The position numbers and the translations under genes were made by a program. 64,000 bases of DNA from a virus. This document shows positions 36,698 through 46,100 of the stretch, one piece after another. The notes under the pieces were generated by a model. It saw nothing but the letters and a program-made list of their open reading frames with translations, ran no database searches and had not been told where the DNA came from. Where the stretch lies: positions 5,893-69,892 of the IMG/VR virus record IMGVR_UViG_3300011258_000777. One strand, written 5' to 3'. The first letter of the stretch is position 1; each line of letters begins with the position of its first letter.

Positions 36698-36704
36698 TAA
36701 ATAG
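36698..36704 (-). promoter_or_regulatory. CTATTTA putative late-promoter motif
   Basis: TACTATTTACT in the 26-nt gap before GAGG-ATG 36680. Confidence 0.6.
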
Positions 36705-36706
36705 TA

Positions 36707-37672
36707 TCAATTCTCTTTACATTGCCTAGAAATTCCGTTAAGGAATCCCTTTAGTTCTTCCCAGTTCAGTTCTCCAAAACCATCATTCATCATAAGCCGT
36801 AGAAGTTCGGTCTTGTTGAACTCGCACTCAAAGTTCTCAAGTGCATAGTCGATAGTCTGTTTGCCCTGGATAGAAATCAGCGGGGCATACAACTGCATCA
36901 TCTGGTAGTTGTGCTCGATCAGTTCCTTTGACTCTGAAATGTTCTTGTAGACTTTCAGCTTTGAATCGATGTTCTCGCAGTAATTCAATAGCTCGTCAAT
37001 CGTCACAGTTCGCTCTTCTTTCATAAACGGCAACTTGGTGGCGATCGTCTTCATCCCAACACGATTGACGCCTGGAAGGTTGTCGCTGGAGTCTCCATCC
37101 ATAGCACGAGCGAGCGCCATGTTCGTGGGGTGAACACCCATAGACTCAATCACGGTCTTCTTGGTTTCAATCTTGTCTGTGGTTGGGCGATAAACCACGG
37201 TCTCTTCGTCACAAAGCTGTAAGAAGTCTTTGTCGTTTGAGACGATTACTTTCTGCCAACCCTTATAGTGTGTTGAATTACAGACATAAGAGATGATGTC
37301 ATCAGCCTCAACTCTCTCAAGAATAAGCTGGATGATGGGCATCTGGTTTAGATACTCTATAATCTGCATTTGCTGCCAGACTTTGTTCTGTAACTCTTCA
37401 TTCTCTGTTAAGTTGTGGACAGAACGATTCAGGCGCAGAGGCTTTCGACCTTCTTTATAAGACGAATTCATAGCCTTACGCTTTTGAGATCCGTTTGGTC
37501 CGTCCCAACAAATCACAATCTCATTTGGATTTGTCATTCTAACCAGTTTCTGTAGGATCTTGATAGATCCTTTAATCCCGCCAATAGGCTGCCCGTGGTT
37601 AGACAGGCTGGGATCAACAATAAACGCCCTCAAAAACATATTGAGGGCGTCGATTACGAGTACGCGCTTCAT
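36707..37672 (-). CDS. 5'-3' exonuclease / flap endonuclease (PolI N-terminal, T4 RNase H-like)
   Basis: LVIDALN, WDG, YKEGR, EADD, SNDKDFLQL, GDSSDNLPGV..VG.KT. Confidence 0.93.
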   Translation of the reverse strand: MKRVLVIDALNMFLRAFIVDPSLSNHGQPIGGIKGSIKILQKLVRMTNPNEIVICWDGPNGSQKRKAMNSSYKEGRKPLRLNRSVHNLTENEELQNKVWQQMQIIEYLNQMPIIQLILERVEADDIISYVCNSTHYKGWQKVIVSNDKDFLQLCDEETVVYRPTTDKIETKKTVIESMGVHPTNMALARAMDGDSSDNLPGVNRVGMKTIATKLPFMKEERTVTIDELLNYCENIDSKLKVYKNISESKELIEHNYQMMQLYAPLISIQGKQTIDYALENFECEFNKTELLRLMMNDGFGELNWEELKGFLNGISRQCKEN

Positions 37673-37690
37673 AGATTACCTCCAGCCCAT

Positions 37691-37719
37691 AATATAACGG
37701 GCTGGAGGCTGTCTGTCAA
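37691..37719 (-). promoter_or_regulatory. sigma70-type promoter
   Basis: TTGACA-N17-TATATT, followed by GGAGGT RBS. Confidence 0.75.
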
Positions 37720-38846
37720 GAGGCTTTGTCTGCCTCGGCATCTACTTCATAGAAGTCTGATGCTTCACCTTCGCGTTTATCAAACTTCTGAACTACTACT
37801 TCGTCCATAAAGTCCATAACGTGCTGTTTAAACTCTGGATCATTCTGTAGAATCTCGACCCATTTGCTGGGTTGGAACTTCTTAGAGTATTCTCCGCGTG
37901 TTAAAGTATACCAAGAGCCTGCAACAGTCATAAAACCCTTCAGAGCCTCAAACCAAGACTCTTCATCCTGCACACCAATTGATTCTGTTCCCCATAAGAT
38001 TCGGAATGTGCAAGTCCTACCCTGTGTTCCAAAGCGAGACTTTTCAAGCTTGACTTTGACCTCTGAACCAATGCGGAAGCCATTATCGTCAAGCACGTAA
38101 GCTGCCTTGCTCTTGCGACCTGTAAGCCAGATGCGAAGAGAGTAAGCATAGTGCATAGCCTTTCCACCGGGGGTGATGTAAGGCGTCGTCATTGCAATCT
38201 GTCTTGCCATTGGTCCGTGGGGGATGTTAGTCTTCAACTGATTGAGAACAAGGAACGTAGCTTTCTTGTCTGCTAGAGGAATAACCAACTTTGACATCGC
38301 CTTCGCAAGAATGCGAGCCTTGGTTGCCACCGATGACTGAGGATTGAAGTCACCTGCTACATCTGAAACTGACGGAGTGAATGCTAGAGAGTCCCAGATA
38401 AATAGTAATTGCTCGTCTGCTGCTCCTAATAATTCTTCAATAGTCTCAAGCACAAACTCTACAGATTGAGCTTGAACATACATCATAGCTCCAATATCAC
38501 ACCCAGCCTTCTCCAAGAAGGTTGGATCAATCGCAGACTCGGAATCAAAGTAGATTACTCCAATTCCCATCTTTTGTGCATTTGCGGCACACTGGGCTGC
38601 TAAGAACGACTTACCTGTCGCTTCTAAGCCAGCTAACTCTGTTACCTTACCGACAGGAATTCCAGCGTATTTTCCCTTACAAACGATAGAATCAAGCCAT
38701 CGGGATCCTGTTGGAATCCACTGCTTTACTTCTGTGGGATTATCTTCTCGTAGGTCGTGAGCGACATTGCGACCTGCTTTTTTGTTTATCATCGCTCTAA
38801 GATCGGACATAGATACACGTCCAGCCTTAGCTTTTGCTTTAGCCAT
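37716..38846 (-). CDS. recA: RecA/UvsX-like recombinase
   Basis: IPTGS..LD, GLEATGKS, DSE, WDSL, NQL, TPGGKA...Y..R, K.EKSR. Confidence 0.92.
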   Translation of the reverse strand: MAKAKAKAGRVSMSDLRAMINKKAGRNVAHDLREDNPTEVKQWIPTGSRWLDSIVCKGKYAGIPVGKVTELAGLEATGKSFLAAQCAANAQKMGIGVIYFDSESAIDPTFLEKAGCDIGAMMYVQAQSVEFVLETIEELLGAADEQLLFIWDSLAFTPSVSDVAGDFNPQSSVATKARILAKAMSKLVIPLADKKATFLVLNQLKTNIPHGPMARQIAMTTPYITPGGKAMHYAYSLRIWLTGRKSKAAYVLDDNGFRIGSEVKVKLEKSRFGTQGRTCTFRILWGTESIGVQDEESWFEALKGFMTVAGSWYTLTRGEYSKKFQPSKWVEILQNDPEFKQHVMDFMDEVVVQKFDKREGEASDFYEVDAEADKAS

Positions 38847-38915
38847 TAAGTTCTCCTTATTTTTAACTTTTCTTTTCTTTATTTTTATTTATTTTTGAGC
38901 CGAAGCCCAGTAGTA

Positions 38916-38944
38916 ATTATAACACAGATTTACTAAAAGCGCAA
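38916..38944 (-). promoter_or_regulatory. sigma70-type promoter upstream of recA
   Basis: TTGCGC-N17-TATAAT. Confidence 0.7.
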
Positions 38945-38947
38945 CAG

Positions 38948-38975
38948 AAAACCCCCACCTTTTTAGGGGTGGGGG
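38948..38975 (-). terminator. intrinsic terminator after the SSB gene
   Basis: CCCCCACC...GGTGGGGG stem followed by TTTT on the minus strand. Confidence 0.7.
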
Positions 38976-38998
38976 CAGACTGGAGCTTGAAGCTTTTA

Positions 38999-39766
38999 CT
39001 AGCCAGCCATTAGATCGTTGAATGCCTTATCAACACTGGACTTGCCGCCCTGGTTGTACTGTGTTGTCTCTCTTGACCGACTCTCTGCTGACTTATCGCC
39101 AGAGAGCATACTATCAAGAATGGCTGATACCTCGGCGGGGGTGTGACGAGTGAACAGTCCATCAATGTCGGGCATGTTCTGGAGCAGACCGGGGATAGCA
39201 TCTGCGTCTGGTAGAAGCGAACTGGTGTTACGTCGCATCTTCATGTTTGTCTTCGGGTAAGCACCCGGAGCAGTCGGCTTCGTGTAGGTGATGGTGATGT
39301 CAGTGCCGCCCTGCGGGTCGGTGATGTCTCCATACTCGGGGTCTAGGATGTAGCCCAGCAGAAGCTCATAAGCCTGCTTGCCGTAGCCATAAACCTTCAC
39401 GCCCTCGCTCTCAAGCCCTCGCACCACTACTGGTGAGAAGTAACGATTGCGAACGAAGAGAGACTTAGCAAGCTTCTTGGTCTCCTCGTCGTTGTTTTCG
39501 GTGCCGTCCTTCCATAGCTGTGAAGCGAAATCACAGATTGGGCACGCCTCACCAAAGTTACGCTTAGGGCACATAACCCCGCCGCGGTGTCCTTCGATGT
39601 TGTAGTGGAAAAAGACCTCCTTAAGCGGATCTCCATCTGAGGCGGGGACGATTCGCACATCGGTGTCGCCCTCTTCCGGCTTAAACCAGACGCTTGTCCT
39701 GTCGCTCTTTCCATTTCCTCGTAGTGCGGCGAGCTTCTTCCGCATTAGCTCCATGTTGATTCCCAT
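38999..39766 (-). CDS. gp32: T4 gp32-like single-stranded DNA-binding protein
   Basis: WFKP..G...VRIVP, FHY, CP..FGEACPIC, RYFSPV, DITDP..G.D; C-terminal AFNDL; start reassigned to ATG 39766 behind AAGGAG. Confidence 0.85.
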   Translation of the reverse strand: MGINMELMRKKLAALRGNGKSDRTSVWFKPEEGDTDVRIVPASDGDPLKEVFFHYNIEGHRGGVMCPKRNFGEACPICDFASQLWKDGTENNDEETKKLAKSLFVRNRYFSPVVVRGLESEGVKVYGYGKQAYELLLGYILDPEYGDITDPQGGTDITITYTKPTAPGAYPKTNMKMRRNTSSLLPDADAIPGLLQNMPDIDGLFTRHTPAEVSAILDSMLSGDKSAESRSRETTQYNQGGKSSVDKAFNDLMAG

Positions 39767-39817
39767 TGTAGTCTCCTTGTTGTTGGGTATAGTATAGTAA
39801 GCGTTCCTTACCATCTT

Positions 39818-39846
39818 AATGTAACACGCTGTCCAAGTCCTGTCAA
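39818..39846 (-). promoter_or_regulatory. sigma70-type promoter (proximal) for the SSB gene
   Basis: TTGACA-N17-TACATT. Confidence 0.75.
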
Positions 39847-39896
39847 GCGTATTTGTTTTGGGAGGATGTCTGTGAGCTTCTCCCTTGCTCATCTAT

Positions 39897-39925
39897 AAAG
39901 TAACTCGACTAGCCTATGCTGTCAA
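39897..39925 (-). promoter_or_regulatory. sigma70-type promoter (distal) for the SSB gene
   Basis: TTGACA-N17-TACTTT. Confidence 0.65.
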
Positions 39926-40772
39926 GTAGTTTTTGTCCTTGAACGAAATTTGTGTGAGCCACACAGAATCCGAAGTCGGTTTCGTAAGGCGACTCATAGA
40001 TTCCATAAGTCACATTTTTGAATGCGTTTCGGGGTTTGTTTTTTAGGCTCTCGACCACTCGGGAGTGGAGTTTTCCGTCCGTCTCCAAGCGCTCATTTGC
40101 TATACATAAGTAGTATGCTACATCACGATCTTCCTCTAGTTTGTAGTACCAATTCTCAGTTAGTTTATCAACTGAGACTATGCCTACAGAGCGGATTCTC
40201 TGAACATCTGAGGGCTTGGAAAGATTACCTACAAGCGCCGTGGTGTGATCAAAAACATTTAAGTAATGAACCGCATAATAGATACTTTTGTTGATTGTGT
40301 CAAAGTATTTTTTTATTGGAATCTCGCCTATTGTCTTCTCGATTGAAGGGTTGGACAAGATCGTGAAGCTCTTGAATAAACCAGACCGGGCATACTCCTG
40401 TAGAATACCAAAGATTGCTCTCTCTTGTAACTTCACATCTCCAATCAGGAGATCTACATCTGGTTTGATGTAGAAAATTTCTATCTTTTTTTCTTTTATC
40501 TGCTCTAGTATTGCTAATGTATAGTTCGCAGAGAACGATGAACCACACAGGAACACCTGAACCCTGTCTTGTATTGCCTCTTCCGTCTTGTATGAGGATA
40601 GTTTGGGTGCTTTTCCTTCACAATCCTCTGCTTTTTCTACTTTTGGTAATTTCCGTGTGTATTTGGTGTTCTCCTGTCCTTCCGAGAACAAAAAACAATT
40701 ATACTCTTTGTGATTCTCGAATAGAGAGACCACATTACAACCAGCATCGCCAATGCCTATTAGCGAAATCAT
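39909..40772 (-). CDS. divergent tubulin/FtsZ-like protein
   Basis: ISLIGIGDAGCNV matches the FtsZ/tubulin T1 loop (IGVGGAGCN); later IKP, ILSN and FDTIN patterns fit the fold; GGGTG(S/T)G absent. Confidence 0.6.
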   Translation of the reverse strand: MISLIGIGDAGCNVVSLFENHKEYNCFLFSEGQENTKYTRKLPKVEKAEDCEGKAPKLSSYKTEEAIQDRVQVFLCGSSFSANYTLAILEQIKEKKIEIFYIKPDVDLLIGDVKLQERAIFGILQEYARSGLFKSFTILSNPSIEKTIGEIPIKKYFDTINKSIYYAVHYLNVFDHTTALVGNLSKPSDVQRIRSVGIVSVDKLTENWYYKLEEDRDVAYYLCIANERLETDGKLHSRVVESLKNKPRNAFKNVTYGIYESPYETDFGFCVAHTNFVQGQKLLDSIG

Positions 40773-41959
40773 AGCTTCAACTCTTTCAGGCTTCCATAGT
40801 CCTTACCTGCCTTGATGTTAGCCATAAAGTTGCCTAGTTTGTTGTTCTCGAAGGTTGCCTTGAGTTCTGGAATCTTCTCTTTATCCTCATCTGCTATGTC
40901 TAGCACCACCTCGTCGTGAACAATAAAAGCAACCTTCGATTTTGTGCCTTCAAGAGCTTTATCGAGTGCTACGGCGCGGTCAAGAGTCAAGTCCGAGGTC
41001 GTGCTTTGAATCAAGTAGCTCAGTGCCTTACGCTGCTCTACTTTAATTTGTCTGCCGGTCGGTGTGTTAATCTTTCCGTCTCTGTAGAACTCTGAGAGCA
41101 CTCCTTCTCGGCTGTAAACAGAGCCGTTGAGCGACATGTCGTTCACATTGTAGAGGGTGGAGAAGAATCTCACCTTTGCCTCATCACGATCTACTGGAGA
41201 ACCTCCATAGAGGTGTCTCATGTTCCAGCTATGAATGTCTTCCTGTGGTTGTTCGTGTCCTGAGAGAGACAAGAAGGTCCTTACCTCCGCGCCGTTATAA
41301 TCCAGAGACACAAGCCAGTCATTCGTTGGCTTAATGAGTTCTCGGAACTTCGCCTTCATAGTTAGGATCGGATTGCTGTCTCTTTGGGTTGTGAGTCGCC
41401 CAGTGACCGTCCCAAAAAGGTTGTAGCTCACATAGTGCGACTTATTTTTTACAAGGTTCTTGATGTCTTCTCGGTCGTTTGTGGAGGTCATCAGGTGACG
41501 GCAGCCATCTACATTGATGTTGAGCTTCTGGTAGCTTATCTTGTGGATTAGCTTGTAGATCTTGTCTAGCTGATCATAATTGACTGGCTGTTCGTAAGTG
41601 TCGAAAACGTGCTCAGTGATCTTGTTGCGAACCTCGCAGAACTGCATTAAGAAGTCCGAAGGAACGAGATCGAAGAAGCAATTCTGTCGTAGGTCGATGC
41701 GAGCTATCTTAAACGAAAGCAAATAAGCCTTGAAGGTTTTCTGAACCTCGTTCAATTCTTCTTTTAGGCTTTCGGGGCAAGCTTCCTGAAGATTCTTGCC
41801 TCCGGTGTAAAGCCAAGCATACTCTACATCAGGATCCTGAATGGATCCAGTGTACTTCCAAGTCTTGGTCAGCCCATCAGGGATACCATCAAAATGAAGG
41901 GCTCCGTTGGTGTAGATGCCGACACACTCTGACTTGTCGTCAAGTGTCTGGAAAATCAT
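40769..41959 (-). CDS. short family-A DNA polymerase-like protein
   Basis: TVTGRL..NP, motif A LDYNGAEVR, motif B RDEAKVRFFSTLY, IQST, motif C VHDEV; 396 aa, no exonuclease domains. Confidence 0.85.
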   Translation of the reverse strand: MIFQTLDDKSECVGIYTNGALHFDGIPDGLTKTWKYTGSIQDPDVEYAWLYTGGKNLQEACPESLKEELNEVQKTFKAYLLSFKIARIDLRQNCFFDLVPSDFLMQFCEVRNKITEHVFDTYEQPVNYDQLDKIYKLIHKISYQKLNINVDGCRHLMTSTNDREDIKNLVKNKSHYVSYNLFGTVTGRLTTQRDSNPILTMKAKFRELIKPTNDWLVSLDYNGAEVRTFLSLSGHEQPQEDIHSWNMRHLYGGSPVDRDEAKVRFFSTLYNVNDMSLNGSVYSREGVLSEFYRDGKINTPTGRQIKVEQRKALSYLIQSTTSDLTLDRAVALDKALEGTKSKVAFIVHDEVVLDIADEDKEKIPELKATFENNKLGNFMANIKAGKDYGSLKELKL

Positions 41960-43134
41960 GTGTCCTCTCTGAGTCTCTGTGCTTCTATAAGATAACTCAA
42001 GGATCCTCTGTAGTCAAACGGTTGATTGACGTAACGCTCGAAAGTTCCCAGAGCAGTGCGATTATCAGATGATCTCGAAAGCTGTAAACAATCCTTGATG
42101 ATCCTCTGCTTCTCAGCATTACTGAACCTATTTTCTTCTTCTGAGAGCCTAAGATCAAAATAAAACTTCATAAAGAAATCATTTGAGAACTTTTGTTGTA
42201 GTGATTGAAGAGTGTAGCGTTCTGTGGTTATGATCTTGGAACCACATTCATCAAATGTTGGAATGTGTGTCGGAACCATCTCGTTGTAGAGCCTCAATAG
42301 TTGCTGTGGTATTTGATTGTAAAATCTATTGTGAGTTGTTGAGAAACCCAAAGCTAAGATTTCATCAGTGCTTCTAAATCCATAAGCACTAGCATAACCC
42401 ATCATAGCTTCAGAGTCAATGTCGGCGATCAATCTCCAGGGAGCATTGATGTCGATCATAAAGCCATAGGAGTTGCAAGCATTTACATAGAACTCCCAGT
42501 TCTTGCTGTTTACAAAATCATTTATTTTTTGATCATCGTTGTCGTAGGGTGCATCGGCAATCTCAAGAGCAAGTCCACTATTGGTCAGGCTATTTAGTTT
42601 ACTTTTTGTGTAAGCAGGCATTGACAACGGGTAAGTTCTTGTTACAATACTAACAGTAGCTAGGAGTTCTTTTATGAATGTTTGAAAATTATGAATATTA
42701 TTAATATTCATATTTGTCTTTAAAGCTTTAATGAAATTAATTTGATATTCTTCATAACTAATATTATTTGATTTATAACTTTTATAAACTTTTAGATTAG
42801 TAAGATTGAGATCGTTAGAATAAATTTTGCCTGATTGTTCTGCTTTCTTAAACTGTTGAGCTAATGCTTCAAAGGCATCCACAACAAAAGCTATTGCCTG
42901 TAGATTTTGTCTTGGGTTTCCTGAACTTTTAAAATCTTTAAACCCAACTAAGCTTGAATTAGCAGCTATTGGAATATAGGTCCTGCCTACTTTTCCATAA
43001 AGAGCTTTTTCTGCAAAATTGAAGTCTACAAGGTTTGAATAACCTGTCTTTAAGACATCAAATTTGTAGATAAGTTTCTTGTTAAATAACTCCAGGGATG
43101 TTTCATTATTGTTTTCTTTATAAAATGTTGACAC
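41956..43134 (-). CDS. hypothetical protein at the end of the baseplate cluster
   Basis: 392-aa AT-rich ORF coupled to both neighbours. Confidence 0.7.
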   Translation of the reverse strand: MSTFYKENNNETSLELFNKKLIYKFDVLKTGYSNLVDFNFAEKALYGKVGRTYIPIAANSSLVGFKDFKSSGNPRQNLQAIAFVVDAFEALAQQFKKAEQSGKIYSNDLNLTNLKVYKSYKSNNISYEEYQINFIKALKTNMNINNIHNFQTFIKELLATVSIVTRTYPLSMPAYTKSKLNSLTNSGLALEIADAPYDNDDQKINDFVNSKNWEFYVNACNSYGFMIDINAPWRLIADIDSEAMMGYASAYGFRSTDEILALGFSTTHNRFYNQIPQQLLRLYNEMVPTHIPTFDECGSKIITTERYTLQSLQQKFSNDFFMKFYFDLRLSEEENRFSNAEKQRIIKDCLQLSRSSDNRTALGTFERYVNQPFDYRGSLSYLIEAQRLREDT

Positions 43135-43135
43135 A

Positions 43136-46100
43136 TTAATCTCCTATAAAAAAACCATTATCGTGTGATGCTTTAGCCCAAAAATCAAGTACAGTATCAC
43201 TCATCATTAGGTGATTATCATCTTTTAATGAGCCTTTTCGTCTTGAGGCGGTGCATTTCTTTGGCTTGTCTTGTTCTTCGCTTGTGGCTGGTTTTTTATT
43301 ATTATTCACACCATTTCCACCACCAGTGTCGGCAACCCATTTAGCAGTGATTTTTGTGTCTGCTTTGCCGGGACCTATTGAGTGTTCTGATCTGGTAATC
43401 ATATAATAGCCACCAATACCAAACTGTGTAAAATCGTTTCCATTCTCGTCTTTTCTCATCTCGGGTGAAAACCCTCTAGGATCTACATAAATATAAGTTC
43501 CAGGGAATGTGTGCATATTTAATAGACAGTCGATATTGGCGTTGTAGACTTCTCGCAATTGTGTTAGACCATCAAAGCCTTCTTGCTCAAAACGAAGTTC
43601 CTTTAGTCCAGTCATGTCTGTTCTGTCAAGAGAGATGTTCTTTACAATCCCTCGATCCTTACCTAAGATGTAATGAAAGATTCCATCTTTTGCATCTTGC
43701 TCTTCATTTCCCTGCATTTTTTCTACTGGATAGGCTCGACCGGCATAAAATACATAATAATTAATCTCTCTGTCTGGCTGTGCCAGATCAACTGGGAGGC
43801 GTGATGGTCCTGAGATATTTATTACTGGCTTTATTCTTCTAGCCTTGGGATCACTTAAATTGAATACGTTGCCAGGACCATAGGTTGTTGGATTACTTTT
43901 AATAAAGTAGGTGATGTCGTCAGTGCCCATTGAATTTTCTGTTCTGTTAAAGCCAGTTATCACAGAACTATTGAGCCTAACTCTTTGTTTAGTATTAAAA
44001 GAGAAACAACTATCATTGTTTATAAAATTACGAATTAATTCATTTGTGATGTCTTTTATGAAATTTGTTATGGGGTAATAAGCCTGTTCTTTGCTTAAAA
44101 CTTTTTCGGTCAAGAATTCTGTAAAATAGTTAAGAGAAATTGGTATGTCTCCAATTGAACAGAAGCTTGTCTTGTTTTCGTTAAATGGATCTTTAACTTC
44201 CATTGGTCCAAGAATGATTCTCAATTTTTTAAATTGTTCTTTAGCTTTCATGAGCTTTTCAATTTCTTTGGCTATCGAAGTCTTTTTTATTATGGTGGCT
44301 GATGAACCGTCATTATATTCTACAACTTCCGAAGAAGTCACTTGGTCTAAGAATTTTTCGTATTCTTTTTTAATTTTTATAAAATCCTGATCGGTTTTTG
44401 ATATTTTGTCATAATAATTGAAAGCACTTTTGTCTCCACCATTTAGATCGCTTGTGAGTTTTTCTAATGATTCTTCGATGTTTTGCATAATCACATCAAT
44501 TAAATCAGAGATATAGAAAAAGGAAATCTTATTTGATTCTCTTGAAGTAGAAACCAGAGAAACTTGTAAGCCTTCTATGATATTGTCGCCTTCAGTACCC
44601 GCATGATTAATTGCAGTTTTGAAAGCATCTCTTAGTTTTTGAACATTCGGTCCACTATCATTGGTGGGTTTTGGAATTCCTCCAGCTAGCCTACCAGTTT
44701 GCAGAAAAGTAGAGATTTGTTTGTAGTCAAGATTATAATAAAGAATCTTTTTTTGATTATTTAACTGCATCATAATTTTTGCGAAACTTTGTGCCTTTTC
44801 TTGTTGGATAAAACCTACATCTACTTCTTTTGCTTTTGAAATCTCATCAGCCTCGCATTTCTCATTGGTGAGAAATTCATAAAACAGTTTTCTACCTATT
44901 CTGTTGCCTTCAATCCCCTTGGAACTAAAAATATTGAACATCGAGTTGTTGAAATAATCTTCTATGTAGGCAAGGTAGTTAATGTCAAAACCAACCCCAC
45001 CCATCTCATCAAAAGAAAATTCATGGGTTGTTGGAGTTAGGTTTATGTTTATAAAAGAATCATTTACCGCTTCTCTTTCTTGTTTGGTAAAAGTTGAGAG
45101 ATAATTTTGAGGAATTGCCCAACCCATAACAACCTTTAGTCTAAAATTTAGCTTATCAAGGTTATCTTTTTGAATAGCAGCCATTTTTGTCTTCAAATCA
45201 TCGGGTGTTCGACCGGTCTTGAGAGCAAGATCGGCGAACTTATAGTTTGCTAATGGGGCGGTGGTGCTAAACTCTTGTGCCAGCGCTGTGTAGTCACCTC
45301 TTCTATCTTGAATTAGGTCTCCGAAGCTTGTGGCAAAGATGCTTAGTTTTGCTTCAATTGCCTTCTTGGCTGCGAATGGGTCTGACCCGTGAAAAGTAAA
45401 ATTAAAATCTTTGAGTCCAACACCCACGCCGCGCTTTTTGCTGTTTCTAAATAAATCAAGGGCGCTTTTTTCGCCGGCATAAGATTTGACAGCAGGATTG
45501 GTGTCAAACTTTATTTCAATATAGCCAACATCCTTGCCGGTCCCTGGATCAGTTTGAACTTTATAGAGTTTTATCGTCGGAACAAGGGAAGACAGCTTAT
45601 CTGTTGTGAGATTAAACAACTCTCTGGAGTAGGGTGCCTGCGTTAATCTATTGATAAAGCCAAATGGCTCATCGTAGATTAGAATTGGTGCGTTTCTATT
45701 AATCGTTTCAGTTTTTTGTTCAGTCTTCTCTTTCTCTGATTTACCTCTAACGGCAGATACTGCCTTAATGTAAGGAAGTCGCGGGCGATGATTTGTTCTT
45801 TTCAATTTAATCAAAGTTGTTAATTGCGAAAGGAGAAAGCATTGTTCTTGGTAGATTGCTTTGTTGGCAAAAATTTGAGTATTTATATTTTCAGATTTTC
45901 TTTTAGTTCTATCTTGTTCTGACTCTAATGTTTTTTTAGCGCCCTCATCTGATAGTAGTAATTGCTCTTTTTCGCTAACTGAAAGCCACGGCGGTACAAG
46001 CGCATCTTCTAGATTTTCAAATTCTTTTGATACTATTCCTTGTATGTCTAATTTTAGGATAGAATCAGAATCATATGGCATTTCTTGTTTGCACAATTCC

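Noticed and set aside
23442-38846. Inteins or introns in dnaE, nrdJ, helicase or recA
   Set aside because: Lengths are ordinary, motifs are contiguous, and no intein termini or homing-endonuclease motifs were seen.
39909-40772. Evidence for a nucleus-forming (chimallin) phage
   Set aside because: A tubulin-like gene alone is insufficient. No chimallin or multisubunit RNA polymerase genes are in the window, and the virion genes are T4-like rather than phiKZ-like.
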